Positions 35,898 to 47,145 of a stretch of 64,000 bases of DNA are shown here, piece by piece; positions within the stretch are counted from its first letter, which is position 1; each line of letters starts with the position of its first letter. The stretch lies in the NCBI GenBank assembly GCA_963666985.2, contig CAXXIA010000001.1, positions 800,001 to 864,000 of the forward strand, in the 5' to 3' direction. The stretch comes from Spirochaetia bacterium (GTDB lineage: Bacteria; Spirochaetota; Spirochaetia; DSM-2461). The translations under genes and the position numbers were made by a program. The notes under the pieces were generated by a model. It had not been told where the DNA came from, made no database searches, and worked only from the letters and a program-made list of their open reading frames with translations.

Positions 35898-37160
35898 TTA
35901 GTCACGGAAAGAGCCCTCAATCATTCTCCGTTGGGCCTGAGCTACAATCTGAAGATCCTGAGGAAGCATATCATCATAGTGTTCAGTCATTTCATCCGAG
36001 TCATGGCCAGTGAATCTCTGAATCACAGCGTTGTCGACCTGCGCCCGCCGGAGGAGTGTGTTGAAATATCGTCGACTTGAGTGGAAAGTTATGTTTCGCG
36101 CTTCTCTGTCTTTAATCTCTATGCCTTCCTCTTCCATACGAGTATATAGCCAATCTCGAAGGCGGTTCGAAGAGATCGGGTGCTCTTGACGGGGATGAAA
36201 GGAGAAAACATATCGTGCGGAGCCAGTGAGGTATGGCTCCAGGGCCGTACGGAGTTCTTGGGTAATCGGAATATTTCTGGTGTCTTTATCTTTTACGAGT
36301 GTTCGAGATTTTACCCTGGAATTATATTGTCTCGAAATAGCCAGATAGGACATCTGAACCTCCCTATCACCTTGTCGTACTATGATGTCCCGAACATCGT
36401 CAGTGAAGAGCCCGCAGACTTCGCCAATTCGGAGCCCGGTCAGAAAAGCAACACGAACTGCGGTGAAGTATAGCCTATCTCTCTCTGTAGAAAGATTGCC
36501 AAGGGTGGGGTCTAGGAGGCGGCCGCCTTCTGCTAACGTGAGTCCTCCTCGCTTGTTCTTTTCAATTGCTAAGGGTCGAACCATTCGCCAAGGATTGAAA
36601 AAATCGGCCTTGGGGTTTCTCATCTTTCGCTCTCGTTCATACTCGCTCATCATCCTTGAGTAGACCGATTTTCGATTATTGGCTGTTTTATGTGAGGCCC
36701 CGTCGGTGATCCACTTCATAAGCAATTGTTCGCAATCAAAAGGACTGATATCTTCAATAGGCCGATTCCCGTGGTAAGGGCGGATATGCTGTTCATAAAC
36801 ACCGCGGGCGTGGGAAATGTAGGACTCAGTTATCCCAGGACGATCGGCAGGAGAATGAACCAGTACGTCTCGAACAAAAGAGGAACGGCGCCAATCCCAG
36901 AAATGATGCACTTCGGCCCATTCCTCAAGCGTTGGGGAGTCAGATTCTTCTAGTCCGCCTGATTCAAGAAGCTGTATGCAGTAAGCCTCGGCCTCTCGTC
37001 GCGTCCGCGCACGATCTTTCTGGCGAGTGTAACCAATTCCCGTAGACTTCGAGATACGTTGTCCATCTGTGTTGTAGATGTAACAGTACCAGACAATTGC
37101 GTCCTTATTTTTTCGTGAATAAAGACTGTATTCTTTCTCTCGATAGGCCGCCATCTTCAC
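35898..37160 (-). CDS. Prophage tyrosine integrase
   Basis: N-terminal arm-binding WYCYIY..GQRISKSTG; TGLRIGE, FHSSRR, GHDSDEMTEHY; start may be ATG 37154. Confidence 0.93.
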   Translation of the reverse strand: MKMAAYREKEYSLYSRKNKDAIVWYCYIYNTDGQRISKSTGIGYTRQKDRARTRREAEAYCIQLLESGGLEESDSPTLEEWAEVHHFWDWRRSSFVRDVLVHSPADRPGITESYISHARGVYEQHIRPYHGNRPIEDISPFDCEQLLMKWITDGASHKTANNRKSVYSRMMSEYERERKMRNPKADFFNPWRMVRPLAIEKNKRGGLTLAEGGRLLDPTLGNLSTERDRLYFTAVRVAFLTGLRIGEVCGLFTDDVRDIIVRQGDREVQMSYLAISRQYNSRVKSRTLVKDKDTRNIPITQELRTALEPYLTGSARYVFSFHPRQEHPISSNRLRDWLYTRMEEEGIEIKDREARNITFHSSRRYFNTLLRRAQVDNAVIQRFTGHDSDEMTEHYDDMLPQDLQIVAQAQRRMIEGSFRD

Positions 37161-37187
37161 GCCCCCAGGCGGATTTCACGATCATTC

Positions 37188-37206
37188 TGATGTCATATTT
37201 GATGTC
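37188..37206. repeat. Candidate integrase arm-type sites
   Basis: TGATGTC twice, 12 bp apart, between int and the ssrA 3' end. Confidence 0.4.
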
Positions 37207-37208
37207 GC

Positions 37209-37237
37209 AAAAAAAAGGTAGCCGTAAATAGCTACCC
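37209..37237 (-). terminator. Rho-independent terminator downstream of ssrA
   Basis: GGTAGC/GCTACC stem followed on the minus strand by an 8-T run. Confidence 0.8.
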
Positions 37238-37253
37238 TGTCAAGAATTAAAAA

Positions 37254-37627
37254 TGGAGGTGGGGGGAATCGAACCCCCGTCCGAAAGGGCGTCTGACGCA
37301 CATCTACAGGTTTAGTCCACCGATGGATTTTCGAGCACGGGTTAGGCGGTTGACGTCCGCCCGGGCCTTATCCTGAAAAAATGTCCCGCTTAGGCTTCAG
37401 GCCGGATAAGCGGTCAGTCCCGGTTTTTGGCGGAGCATCCGTCCCTCGGAACAGCGTGACGGAGATCCGTGGCAGCTATGATTAAGCGGCCAGGGCGAGG
37501 GCGCCGTCGAACTCGACGACGATCTCATCTTCTTTTTTGGCACTTAAAGGTGTGCGCCGGTTTAAGGAGTCGGCTCTCCACCTGCAGTACGACCTACGGA
37601 ACCTCCCGTCGAAGCCAGGGCACCCCC
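37254..37627 (-). ncRNA. ssrA: tmRNA; tag reading frame 37541-37482 encodes AKKEDEIVVEFDGALALAA*
   Basis: 5' GGGGGTG...TTCGAC, 3' T-arm GGGTTCGATTCCC and CACCTCCA acceptor end; tag ends ALAA; next to smpB. Confidence 0.96.
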
Positions 37628-37671
37628 GGCAAAAAATCAAATAAGCGGGCCGTCGCCGCTATCGGCAAACT

Positions 37672-37700
37672 AAACTACTCCTAAGAAAGTCTTGAGTCAA
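37672..37700 (-). promoter_or_regulatory. ssrA promoter
   Basis: TTGACT-17-TAGTTT on the minus strand. Confidence 0.65.
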
Positions 37701-37781
37701 GTTTTATCGGAGGCTTATCGATAAGGTTCGGCATTCTCACCCTCGCCGCAAAAAACAACAGTCAACAAGCCGCCGGTGTTT

Positions 37782-38255
37782 TCAGCGGGTTCTGAATTCT
37801 CTGTCCATGTCCCGCTGGATGTCGCGCTGTTTAATGGAATCGCGTTTATCGTGCATCTTCTTTCCCCGGCACACGCCCACTTCAACTTTTACAATTCCTG
37901 ATGAAAGGTAAAACTTCAGCGGAATGAGCGTAACGCCTTTTTCATTGACGCGCCGTTCGAGTTTGAGGATTTCCTTTTTATGCGCCAGAAGGCGTCTGGG
38001 CCTATCGCTGGCGTGGTTGAAAACACCGCCTCGTTCATAAGGAGTGATTTGAAGATTGCGCATCCAAAGCTCGCCGCCGCGGACTTCGACATACGCGTCG
38101 GTGAAACTGAAATGAGCCGATTTGATGGACTTCACTTCCGTGCCGACCAATTCGATTCCGCATTCCAATGAATCTTCTATGATGTAGAGAAATCGAGCTT
38201 TCCTGTTGTCACCCAGAAGACCGGGCGTTTTGCCTTTTTTCTTTTTTGCGCCCAT
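37782..38255 (-). CDS. smpB: SsrA-binding protein
   Basis: NRKARF, GIELVGTEVKS, RRLLAHKKEI, GKKMHDKR. Confidence 0.97.
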   Translation of the reverse strand: MGAKKKKGKTPGLLGDNRKARFLYIIEDSLECGIELVGTEVKSIKSAHFSFTDAYVEVRGGELWMRNLQITPYERGGVFNHASDRPRRLLAHKKEILKLERRVNEKGVTLIPLKFYLSSGIVKVEVGVCRGKKMHDKRDSIKQRDIQRDMDREFRTR

Positions 38256-38348
38256 GACGCCGAGGATAGTGGCACATGGGGCCTTCGGTCGTCAATCGAG
38301 AGCCTCAAAAAATATCCTCTTGGTTCGAATGAGGGTTTTGCAAGTGCA

Positions 38349-40022
38349 TCATTCGACGATGACGAGTCGGAATCCTATAACGGGGCTTGCTGTTTCAGGG
38401 CGGAGTCCTCCGCGGACAGCCGCGGGATAGGAGAGCTTTCCGTCGATATAAGCGCCTCCGCGGACCGTGCGTTCGGGCGCGGCGAGGGCCGCATCGGAAG
38501 CTTGAAAGGAAGGTCCGCCCGTTTTTCCGTAGAGGTATTCGTTTCGTCTGTAAGGATTGGAACACCATTCTCTGACGTTCCCGGCCATTCCTTTCAGGCC
38601 TAAAGTTCCGCCGTCGGCGGCCGAAACATTTTTCAGGCCGGCATCAAGTTCGGAGACATCCTCAACGATACGATTCAGCCTGGCGGCGATTTCCCATTCA
38701 TCTTCCCGAGGAAGTTCGGCGTGCAAGTTCGTTCCCGCCAAGTAGGTTTTTGTAAACCAGTCGGCATACGCTTCGGCGGCATGCCACGAAACACCGGTAA
38801 CGGGTTCACGAGCGGTTTCCGAGGGAGGGGGCGTTGAGGTCCATGAGGAAAGATAATCTTCGTCGGCCAGGCCCGACTGTATCAAGGAGTCAATGTTTTC
38901 CAAAGACCATTCGGGGCTGGCTTCGAGAAAGAGTGAGAAATCACCGTTGCTGATTTCCGTCGTTCCGATGAGGTAGGAGGAAACCGAAGCCGGAGTCGGA
39001 TAAGCTCCCGAACGCGGCATATATCCGTCGTTAACGGCTTCAATATCACCTATGAAAGCATCGGCGGCCGGAATGGAAACGAATCGAAGATTTCCGATGC
39101 TTCGCTGCGTAAGATTGGAGGAAAGAGGTGCCTTTTCATAATATTCGGCCGCCGAATGAGCGATTTTCACAACTCCCTCTTCGGCCTCCGCATACAAATC
39201 GGACCAGCCGAAGGACTTCGCCGTTTCGTCATCCATGCACATCACGACACCGGAAAACGAGACTGTCCCGGCATGAAGCATTTCGGCGGCCGAGTCAATC
39301 GCTGCAAGAAGCGATACGGCACTGAACGGAGCGCCGCCGCCCGCCCGTATGATTTCAGAACGAACTAGATCGGCAAGATGCCGTTCGTCCGAGGCCAACG
39401 GAAGCGCGGCTTCGATGAGTCCGTCCGCGGGATTCTTCGCGGCAACGGCGTCTCTGGCCGCTTTCGTCAGTGAAGGCGGAATGGCGTAATGATCCCGCTC
39501 TTTACCGGTGGCGGCCCACAAGGCAAACTCCCGGAATTCTCCGGCAAAAGGCCGCTCCTCCGGTTGGGGCTCAAGGACCACCGAAACGGATTGTTTCCTG
39601 GGAAAAAGACGTGAAGCGAAAATTCGGCCTTTCACGGTGATTGTGCTTTCATGCGTGATGAAGCCCGGCCGCATGACAATCAGGGATTTCTCTCCCTTCG
39701 GAGCAAAAACAGATTCGCCCGAGGCTCCGAGACGAATTCCGTCGACGATAACCGACGCATCGGCGGGAGAACTGTCGACGGTCAGGACGGTCCCGTTTTT
39801 GCGTATTCCGGGAAGAACGAGGAGGAGAAAAAGAATCAGGGCTGCAAGAAATGCCCAGACGATACGGACATAAACGCGGGGTTCAATTCCGAGAATCGGC
39901 GTGAGTACAACCTTAATATCTTCGATGGGGACTTCATAATCCCCGTTTTTACTGTGATTCGGCGCAGTTTTTTTCCCTATCGGCATGGGAGGATTATAGG
40001 TTCCGCCGAAAACTGTGGTCAA
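38349..40022 (-). CDS. PEGA plus SUMF1/FGE-sulfatase-domain membrane protein
   Basis: TM, VDSSPADASVIVDG, PVTGVSW, LPREDEWE, GMAGNVREW, GFRLV; start may be near 39986. Confidence 0.85.
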   Translation of the reverse strand: MTTVFGGTYNPPMPIGKKTAPNHSKNGDYEVPIEDIKVVLTPILGIEPRVYVRIVWAFLAALILFLLLVLPGIRKNGTVLTVDSSPADASVIVDGIRLGASGESVFAPKGEKSLIVMRPGFITHESTITVKGRIFASRLFPRKQSVSVVLEPQPEERPFAGEFREFALWAATGKERDHYAIPPSLTKAARDAVAAKNPADGLIEAALPLASDERHLADLVRSEIIRAGGGAPFSAVSLLAAIDSAAEMLHAGTVSFSGVVMCMDDETAKSFGWSDLYAEAEEGVVKIAHSAAEYYEKAPLSSNLTQRSIGNLRFVSIPAADAFIGDIEAVNDGYMPRSGAYPTPASVSSYLIGTTEISNGDFSLFLEASPEWSLENIDSLIQSGLADEDYLSSWTSTPPPSETAREPVTGVSWHAAEAYADWFTKTYLAGTNLHAELPREDEWEIAARLNRIVEDVSELDAGLKNVSAADGGTLGLKGMAGNVREWCSNPYRRNEYLYGKTGGPSFQASDAALAAPERTVRGGAYIDGKLSYPAAVRGGLRPETASPVIGFRLVIVE

Positions 40023-40050
40023 TAATCCTCCTCGTTGTTAGGATAAAGAT

Positions 40051-41064
40051 GTGAATGCAGACGGTCTCGTCCAATGGACGGAAAAACTTCTGACGCACCG
40101 CGCCAGAAGAATAGAGAAGAAAAAGAGAAAGCAGAAGGCCAGGGGAGTCGTCATGGAATGGGTCGACGCCTTTCTTTGGGCCGTGATGGTGGTTCTTCTG
40201 TTGAACCAGTATCTGCTGCAGGCGTATCAAATCCCTTCCGGGTCCATGCGTGATACGTTAATCGGCGGGAATGATCCTTATACGGCGCAGCGCAGCAGCA
40301 GCGACAGGATTTTTGTCGATAAGCTGACGTTCGGTCCCGAGCTGCTTCCCGGAGTCGCCAAACTCCCGGGATTTCGCGAATCCCGCAGAGGCGAGGTGAT
40401 TATCTTCGAGAACCCTGAGTTCGAGAGTCCTTCGCTTCCGTATGAAATCGCTCAGCGCGTTCTCTACATGGTTACGCTCTCTCTTCTGGACTTAAACCGG
40501 CACGGCGGTGAGATTGCTCATCAGTTCCTGATTAAAAGGCAGGCCGCCCAGGATGGAGATAGGGTGGTTTTTAAACGCGGAGAGTTGTCTTTCACTCCTC
40601 GCGGTGAGAGTCGCCTTATACCCGAAGACGAGTTCAAAGAATATGTTGCTCTCGAATACGGGAATCATCTTCTTCTTGATGAAGGCTATTACGATAAACT
40701 CGATGCCACGATCCGGACCGTTCGTTATGAGCGGGCCGGATTGCCCGTGGACAGGAACCTTGCGGACCGCGCCGCGGAAAATTGGGTTTCACCGCTGAAA
40801 AAAACGGTTTTGGATCTTTATGAGGAAAAGAGACTCGATTCGGCCGTTCTCAGGGGAATGTATCCGCAGAATGAGGGAATCTCTTCCGAAGAGGCCGTCT
40901 ATGAACGCGGCATCTATGTTCCAGAAGGATGGGTTCTGCCTCTCGGCGACAACAGGAGCGACTCTCTTGACGGCCGGTATTTCGGACCCGTCCCTTCACG
41001 AAAAATTCTCGGCCGGGCTCTCTTCATCTATTGGCCGCTGCCGCGTTTCGGCGGCATAAAATGA
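40051..41064 (+). CDS. lepB: Signal peptidase I
   Basis: IPSGSM, LIKR, LGDNRSDSLDGRYFG. Confidence 0.92.
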   Translation: MNADGLVQWTEKLLTHRARRIEKKKRKQKARGVVMEWVDAFLWAVMVVLLLNQYLLQAYQIPSGSMRDTLIGGNDPYTAQRSSSDRIFVDKLTFGPELLPGVAKLPGFRESRRGEVIIFENPEFESPSLPYEIAQRVLYMVTLSLLDLNRHGGEIAHQFLIKRQAAQDGDRVVFKRGELSFTPRGESRLIPEDEFKEYVALEYGNHLLLDEGYYDKLDATIRTVRYERAGLPVDRNLADRAAENWVSPLKKTVLDLYEEKRLDSAVLRGMYPQNEGISSEEAVYERGIYVPEGWVLPLGDNRSDSLDGRYFGPVPSRKILGRALFIYWPLPRFGGIK

Positions 41065-41065
41065 A

Positions 41066-41797
41066 ATGATTTCATCCTCGCGTTCAAGACTTTCGTACAA
41101 AGATCGAAGAAGTCATCAGAAGCAGAGATTCCGCTTTGTTGGAGTCGTTATCGCCGTTATCGCGGTGTATCTGGTGATTACCGAATTCGCCGTGCAGACC
41201 TGGAAGTTCCAAAGCGAGTCGATGCTGCCGGGATATCCGCCGGGAACGCGGGTTTTGGTAACGCATTATATCCTTCGGGATTCGGACGGAAGGCTTCTTC
41301 ATCCGCCCGAAAGAGGCGATATCGTCGCGATACATCCGCCGTATGCGGAAGAGGATCCCTGGCTCGAACGTCTTTTCGATCCTCTGGTCCGCCTTATTTC
41401 CATCCAAAGAGCGACTCTTGCCGGTCACAGGAGCGGATGGGAGGACCATAGAGTTTTTAAAAGGGTTATAGGAATCCCCGGCGATACGATTACCCTGGAT
41501 AAATCGGTCGCTTATGTTCGGGGAGCCGATGATGCGTTTCATCTCAGTGAATTCGAGATGAGCGGCAAAGGATATGATATTTCCGTACCCCGGCTTCCGG
41601 AAGGATGGACCGAGGAGATGCCGCTTTCCGGAAAAATGGAAAAAATAACGCTCGCCGAAGGGGAATATTTCCTTCTGGGAGATAATCGGGGTGCTTCGAA
41701 TGACTCCCGTTACTGGGGAGCGGTTTCCGATTCGGTCATAAAAGGACGCGTTATTTTCGCGTATTGGCCGCTGCGACGTTTTGGCCTTATCCACTGA
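41066..41797 (+). CDS. lepB: Signal peptidase I, second tandem copy
   Basis: SESM, FKRVIGIPGD, LGDNRGASNDSRYWG. Confidence 0.92.
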   Translation: MISSSRSRLSYKDRRSHQKQRFRFVGVVIAVIAVYLVITEFAVQTWKFQSESMLPGYPPGTRVLVTHYILRDSDGRLLHPPERGDIVAIHPPYAEEDPWLERLFDPLVRLISIQRATLAGHRSGWEDHRVFKRVIGIPGDTITLDKSVAYVRGADDAFHLSEFEMSGKGYDISVPRLPEGWTEEMPLSGKMEKITLAEGEYFLLGDNRGASNDSRYWGAVSDSVIKGRVIFAYWPLRRFGLIH

Positions 41798-42965
41798 CAC
41801 CGGTCTCTACATCCATATTCCCTTCTGCGTGAGCCGATGCCGGTACTGTGATTTTTACAGTGAAACCGGCGTTGAAAAATCGGTGGTGAGAAGAACGCTG
41901 CAAACCCTCGCCGATCATTTGGAAAAATCCATGGAGTCCTTCGGCATTGAAGGATTTAAAACGGTATATATCGGAGGCGGCACTCCCAGTCACGTTCCGA
42001 TTGATCTTTTTCATCAATTTCTAAGCGGACTTAGACCCATGCTCGGCGCTCCGATTGAATACACGGTGGAGGCCAACCCCGAATCGCTGAAGGCGGGATT
42101 CCTCGATGTATTGGAAGAGGGCGGCGTGAATCGTCTGAGCATGGGAATTCAGACCTACAATGAAAAACTTCTTTCCTGGCTCGGCAGACCGGCCGGCCTT
42201 GATGCGATTGAAAAGGCCGAATCGCTGCTGAGTGATCGGTGGAAAGGACGCTTGAGTTTTGATTTTTTAGCGGGACTTCCCAGGGATCGGCATGGCCTTG
42301 CCGAAGAACTTGAGAGGGCTTTGGCATACGGCGTTGGTCATGTGTCTTTGTATGAGCTGACCATTGAGGATGGAACACCGCTTGCCGCCGACAGCCATGC
42401 TCTTTCCGAGCTGCCGGGAGAAGAGCGCTCTTTCAAAGAATGGCGGGATGCCGTGGGAACGTTGGAAGAAAACGGATACGCCCGATACGAGATTTCGAAT
42501 TTCGCCTTAGCCGGAGAAGAGTCCGTCCATAATCTGGGTTATTGGCGACTCAATCCCTATCTCGGGATCGGACCGGGAGCCGCTTCCACGCTGCCGGGGC
42601 CCTCCGGACCGCTTCGGAGAGAAGAGACTCGGGATTTGGGAGCCTGGCTGGATGCGGCAGGTTCTTCGGCTTCGGAAGAAGTTCTGACTCCAAAACAGTT
42701 TGCTCTGGAACAGTTTCTTACCTCATTAAGAACGAGTGAAGGTTTGAATACGGCCCGTTTTGAAAAAATCTTCGGAATCTCTCCTTTTTCGGTTGTCCAA
42801 AGGAGTCTTGAAAAGTGGGAGTCGGCCGGATCGCTCGAGATTCTTCCCGACCGGATTCGTCCGACCTCGGGCGGAATGGAACTGGTTGATGCCGTTCTTT
42901 CGGATCTCGCATTCGAGTTGGCCGAGGGAGTTTTCAGCCGGCCGCTCCAATGGCCCTCACCTTGA
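41781..42965 (+). CDS. hemW: Radical SAM heme chaperone HemW (HemN-like)
   Basis: LYIHIPFCVSRCRYCDF, GGGTPS, YEISNF, HNLGYW. Confidence 0.9.
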   Translation: MALSTDTGLYIHIPFCVSRCRYCDFYSETGVEKSVVRRTLQTLADHLEKSMESFGIEGFKTVYIGGGTPSHVPIDLFHQFLSGLRPMLGAPIEYTVEANPESLKAGFLDVLEEGGVNRLSMGIQTYNEKLLSWLGRPAGLDAIEKAESLLSDRWKGRLSFDFLAGLPRDRHGLAEELERALAYGVGHVSLYELTIEDGTPLAADSHALSELPGEERSFKEWRDAVGTLEENGYARYEISNFALAGEESVHNLGYWRLNPYLGIGPGAASTLPGPSGPLRREETRDLGAWLDAAGSSASEEVLTPKQFALEQFLTSLRTSEGLNTARFEKIFGISPFSVVQRSLEKWESAGSLEILPDRIRPTSGGMELVDAVLSDLAFELAEGVFSRPLQWPSP

Positions 42966-43078
42966 CCACGCGCCGCGCGTCATGATAGATTTTTTTACTA
43001 TAATTCACTAAGAGGCAATGGAATAAAAAAATTGCCGCGGCATCAATGTTTCGGAAATGCTGAAATAAGGAGTCACTC

Positions 43079-43822
43079 ATGTCCGGCCATAGTAAATGGC
43101 ATACAATCAAGCACAAGAAGGGGGCCGCGGATGCGAAGCGCGGAAAACTCTTCACCAAAATCATTAAAGAGATAACCGTGGCCGCCCGCATGGGCGGCGG
43201 GGATGAAGAATCGAATCCCAGGCTTCGAACCGTCGTTCTTAAGGCGAAAGCCGCCAATATGCCCAAGGACAATATCGAACGGGCCATAAAAAAGGGAACC
43301 GGAGACCTCGACGGGGTTGATTATGTCGAACTCAGCTACGAGGCCTACGCGCCCGGCGGCGTCGGTCTGATGATTGAAGCGCTGACCGACAACAAGAACC
43401 GAACCGCGGCGGACGTCCGGACCATTCTTTCCAAAGGCGGCGGTCAATTGGCCGCCAGCGGCGCCGTTTCCTATATGTTCAACCGCAAGGGCGTTATCGT
43501 CTATGAATCCGAAACGGTTGATTTTGAAAAGCTGTTCGAAGCGGCCCTGGAAGCCGGAGCCGAGGATGTCAGCGAAGACGGCGGCATTATTGAAGTGATT
43601 ACCGGTCCCAGTGAATTCGCGGATGTTCTGGAAAACCTTCAGGCAGCCGGTTTTGAGCAGTCCAGCGCGGAGGTAACACTGGTTCCCGATACCTACGCAT
43701 CCCTGGATAACGATGCGACGGCCAAGGTTCTCCGGCTGATTGATCGTTTGGAAGATAACGACGATGTTCAGTCGGTCGCCTCCAATCTTGACGTCCCGGA
43801 TGATTTTGAGATGTCCGAATGA
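43079..43822 (+). CDS. yebC: YebC/PmpR family protein
   Basis: [33 protein letters not shown]. Confidence 0.97.
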   Translation: MSGHSKWHTIKHKKGAADAKRGKLFTKIIKEITVAARMGGGDEESNPRLRTVVLKAKAANMPKDNIERAIKKGTGDLDGVDYVELSYEAYAPGGVGLMIEALTDNKNRTAADVRTILSKGGGQLAASGAVSYMFNRKGVIVYESETVDFEKLFEAALEAGAEDVSEDGGIIEVITGPSEFADVLENLQAAGFEQSSAEVTLVPDTYASLDNDATAKVLRLIDRLEDNDDVQSVASNLDVPDDFEMSE

Positions 43823-44322
43823 TGCGAAGGATTCTGGGAATCGATCCGGGCTTCGCCTCTACGGGATGGGGCCTTATCGATTCCGACGGAGTCCGAAACA
43901 AGCATATTGATCATGGAAGTATAGAGACGGCATCCGGTGATGCGGCGGAAAAGAGGCTTATGGCCCTGTATGAAGAAGTCGCCGGTATCATCGAATCCTT
44001 CAAACCGACCGGATTGGGAATTGAAACGCTGTTTTTTACGAAAAACATCAGTTCGGCCATGCCCGTCGCACAAGCCAGAGGCGTTGTTCTTCTGGCGGCG
44101 GCCCAGGCCGGACTGGATGTCGGTGAATTCTCGCCTGTTACCATAAAACAGTCCGTTGTCGGTGCGGGCGGGGCCGATAAAGCCCAGGTTCAGGAAATGG
44201 TCCGCCTTTTATTGGGACTCGGGGAAATCCCGAAACCGGATCATGCGGCCGATGCCCTGGCGGCGGCCATTACTTTCGTGCATCATGGTAAGCCATGGTC
44301 AACAGTATCCGCGGTATCCTGA
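43819..44322 (+). CDS. ruvC: Holliday junction resolvase RuvC
   Basis: [22 protein letters not shown]. Confidence 0.96.
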   Translation: MMRRILGIDPGFASTGWGLIDSDGVRNKHIDHGSIETASGDAAEKRLMALYEEVAGIIESFKPTGLGIETLFFTKNISSAMPVAQARGVVLLAAAQAGLDVGEFSPVTIKQSVVGAGGADKAQVQEMVRLLLGLGEIPKPDHAADALAAAITFVHHGKPWSTVSAVS

Positions 44323-44893
44323 CATTCAAACACTCCGATACTCTCGGTGTTGAAACCGGAGGCGTCGAGTGGGCTCTTGAGGTGAGTACGGCGACGCTGA
44401 GCACTCTACCCGGTCCCGGGAGGGAAGTCCGCGTTTTTACCTATCTTCACCACACCCAGGATGTGATGAAGATGTACGGATTCGCGTCCGCCGAAGAGAG
44501 ACATATTTTTCTGGCTCTCCTAACGGTTAACGGCGTGGGGACCCTCTTTAGCCCGAAAGATTCTTTCGGGGATTACGCCGCAGGCCTTTCAGGCCGCTCT
44601 CGACATGGAAGATTTGGCGGTTCTGGAGAGAATCCCGGGACTGGGCAAGAAAACCGCGCAGAAGATTGTTCTTCAGCTTCGGGGCAATCTTGTCAAAGAC
44701 GATGAGGGATCGGGCGGAGTTCCCTCGGAGGCCAAGGATGTCGTTGAGGCCCTCACCGCCATGGGATTCGATTCCAGAGGCTCGTTGAAAGCCGTTGAAG
44801 AGATTCTCGCGGATTCCGAAGTACGCTCTCTCAGCGGTGAGGAGCGGGGAAAAAGAAGTTCTTCGCCGGGCGATTATTTCGCTCAGTTCGTAG
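44295..44893 (+). CDS. ruvA: Holliday junction branch-migration protein RuvA, with two apparent +1 G frameshifts
   Basis: Removing one G at 44537-44540 restores NGVGPSLARKILS and joins IPGLGKKTAQKI; removing one G at 44846-44849 gives REKEVLRRAIISLSS* ending at 44893. Confidence 0.9.
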
Positions 44894-44905
44894 CGGGGGG
44901 GCGGC

Positions 44906-45928
44906 ATGGAAGACAAACCACTGGCGCCTCATGCCGAACGCGGCGAGGATGAGGCTGATATAGGAATCAGGCCGAAGTATTTGGCCGATTTTCAGGGGCA
45001 GAAGGAACTCAAAGAGAATCTTTCCATCTTCATCACCGCGGCGAGGGAACGAAGAGAATCGCTGGATCACGTCTTCATCAGCGGACCTCCGGGACTTGGG
45101 AAAACGACTCTGGCGAACATCATGGCCAATGAACTGAGTTCCGAAATCAAAGTGACCAGCGCTCCGGCGCTGGATAAGCCCAAGGATTTGGCCGGTCTTC
45201 TCTCGACGATTCCCGAACGGGCCGTGTTTTTCATCGATGAAATTCATCGGCTCAAACCCGCCATTGAAGAAATGCTCTATATCGCCATGGAGGATTTTGA
45301 ACTCGACTGGATTATCGGACAGGGGCCGGCGGCTCGGACCGTGCGGATTCCGGTTCCGCCTTTTACGCTTGTCGGCGCCACGACCAAGCCGGGCAGAGTT
45401 TCCAGCCCTCTATTCACCCGTTTCGGCATTACCGTCAGAATCGACTATTACGGACCGGCCGAACTGGTTTCCATCGTCCGCCGCAGCGCGGGGATTTTGG
45501 GAATCGGCATCGACGAAGATGCCTCGGTGCTTTTGGCTCAGTGCAGCAGAGGAACGCCGCGGGTGGCCAACAGACTTCTTCGCCGCATGAGGGATTATGC
45601 TCAAGTCAACGGTTCGGGCAGCGTGACGAAAACGGTTGTTGAGGATGGACTTGCCAGACTCGGAATCGACCTTGAAGGATTGGAAGAGCAGGATCGGCGT
45701 ATTCTTGCGGCCATCATCGAGCGCTACGGAGGCGGCCCTGTCGGCGCGGAAACCCTTGCCATCAGCGTGGGTGAGGGAATAGACGCGCTGGAGGATTTTT
45801 ACGAGCCTTATCTGATACAGCGCGGCTTTCTCCAGCGTACGCCGAGGGGACGCGTTGTAACGAATCTTGCTTATCGGCATTTACGAAGGAGCCCGGAATC
45901 GGATGCGGACCAGCCTCTTTTCCTTTGA
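44906..45928 (+). CDS. ruvB: Holliday junction helicase RuvB
   Basis: [28 protein letters not shown]. Confidence 0.97.
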   Translation: MEDKPLAPHAERGEDEADIGIRPKYLADFQGQKELKENLSIFITAARERRESLDHVFISGPPGLGKTTLANIMANELSSEIKVTSAPALDKPKDLAGLLSTIPERAVFFIDEIHRLKPAIEEMLYIAMEDFELDWIIGQGPAARTVRIPVPPFTLVGATTKPGRVSSPLFTRFGITVRIDYYGPAELVSIVRRSAGILGIGIDEDASVLLAQCSRGTPRVANRLLRRMRDYAQVNGSGSVTKTVVEDGLARLGIDLEGLEEQDRRILAAIIERYGGGPVGAETLAISVGEGIDALEDFYEPYLIQRGFLQRTPRGRVVTNLAYRHLRRSPESDADQPLFL

Positions 45929-46931
45929 CCTGCCCGAGCATTTGATTGCTCAGCACCCAACGACGGTTCGCGGTACAAGCAGACTCATGATTCTGGATAG
46001 ACTCAGGCCGGGATCAGCCCCGAAACATTCCCATATTTCGTCTCTGGCGGAGTTTATCGAACCCGGCACGCTCATGATTTTCAACGATACCAGGGTGCGG
46101 AAAGCCAGAATGTACGGGCGGAACTGCGAAACCGGCGGAAAGGGCGAATTCCTTTTTCTAACGCCGGAGGGGAGCGGTCTCTGGGAATGCGTTGTGGATA
46201 AGGCGAAGAAGAAACGGGTGGGCCAGAGGTGGGAGTTTCCGGGCGGCGTGATCGGGACCATCGCCGCTCTGCCTTCCACGGACCGGCGGCTCGTTTCTCT
46301 GGAGCCTCGGCCGGATGAATCGTGGTTTGAAGAGTACGGGCACATTCCGCTGCCTCCCTATGTGAAAAGACCGGATGCCGCCGAAGATGCCAAGCGCTAT
46401 CAGACCGTATACGCCCGAAAAACAGGTTCCGCGGCGGCGCCGACGGCCGGTCTGCATTTTACCCCGGAAATCCTTTCTTCATTGGATGATGCGGGTATCG
46501 AACGTGCCTGGGTGACACTCAACGTGGGTACCGGAACCTTCGCGCCTGTTCGAACGGAGGAAATTGAGGATCATCGGATGCACCGGGAAAGCTACGATGT
46601 ACCGCTTGAAACCTCGGAAGCGTATCGGCGGGCCCGTGAAGAAGGCCGGAAAATTCTGGCGGTGGGCACCACGGCGGTAAGAACTCTTGAATCCGCGTGG
46701 AACGGCGAGGGAATTACGCCGGGAGCCGGCGATACGGATATTTTCATTTATCCGGGGTATCGGTTTCAGGCGGTCGATCAGCTTTTTACGAACTTTCATA
46801 CGCCGAATTCGAGTCTTTTAATGCTTGTTTCGGCTTTCTGCGGACGGGAACGTTTGCTGGATGCGTATAGGATTGCCGTAAATGAAGAATATCGGTTCTT
46901 TTCCTACGGCGATGCGATGCTGATACGGTAG
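45903..46931 (+). CDS. queA: SAM:tRNA ribosyltransferase-isomerase QueA
   Basis: [36 protein letters not shown]. Confidence 0.97.
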   Translation: MRTSLFSFDLPEHLIAQHPTTVRGTSRLMILDRLRPGSAPKHSHISSLAEFIEPGTLMIFNDTRVRKARMYGRNCETGGKGEFLFLTPEGSGLWECVVDKAKKKRVGQRWEFPGGVIGTIAALPSTDRRLVSLEPRPDESWFEEYGHIPLPPYVKRPDAAEDAKRYQTVYARKTGSAAAPTAGLHFTPEILSSLDDAGIERAWVTLNVGTGTFAPVRTEEIEDHRMHRESYDVPLETSEAYRRAREEGRKILAVGTTAVRTLESAWNGEGITPGAGDTDIFIYPGYRFQAVDQLFTNFHTPNSSLLMLVSAFCGRERLLDAYRIAVNEEYRFFSYGDAMLIR

Positions 46932-47145
46932 TTTTGAGGCGCCGGGTGGAAAAGCCGGGTTGGGGAAGTATGCGGCGCGGGCGATAGGCCGCAAAGAGAT
47001 TCGGCTGCGGAAAGCGGAGTCTCGGGATTTGGAATTCCGCTGATGTAAAAAGGCTCTTTTGCCGAACTGCCGGATGAAGATTTTAACGCGCAAATAAAAG
47101 GCGCTTTATATCGCGCTTTTCGCACTCCGAATCGGAGCGGAAACT

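Larger units (their letters stand above)
1..37253. mobile_element. Prophage (HK97-like head, Siphoviridae-type tail) integrated at the 3' end of tmRNA; left boundary lies outside the window
   Basis: Ordered immunity, replication, packaging, head, tail and lysis modules; tyrosine integrase starts about 100 bp from the ssrA 3' end; no duplicate of the ssrA 3' end seen in the window. Membership of 1-5737 in the prophage is inferred. Confidence 0.9.

Noticed and set aside
40051..41797. Tandem lepB duplication as a novelty
   Set aside because: Adjacent signal peptidase I paralogs near smpB are a known spirochaete arrangement.
44295..44893. Phase variation or programmed frameshifting of ruvA
   Set aside because: The G runs are only 4 nt and similar one-base breaks hit unrelated nearby genes; sequencing error is simpler.
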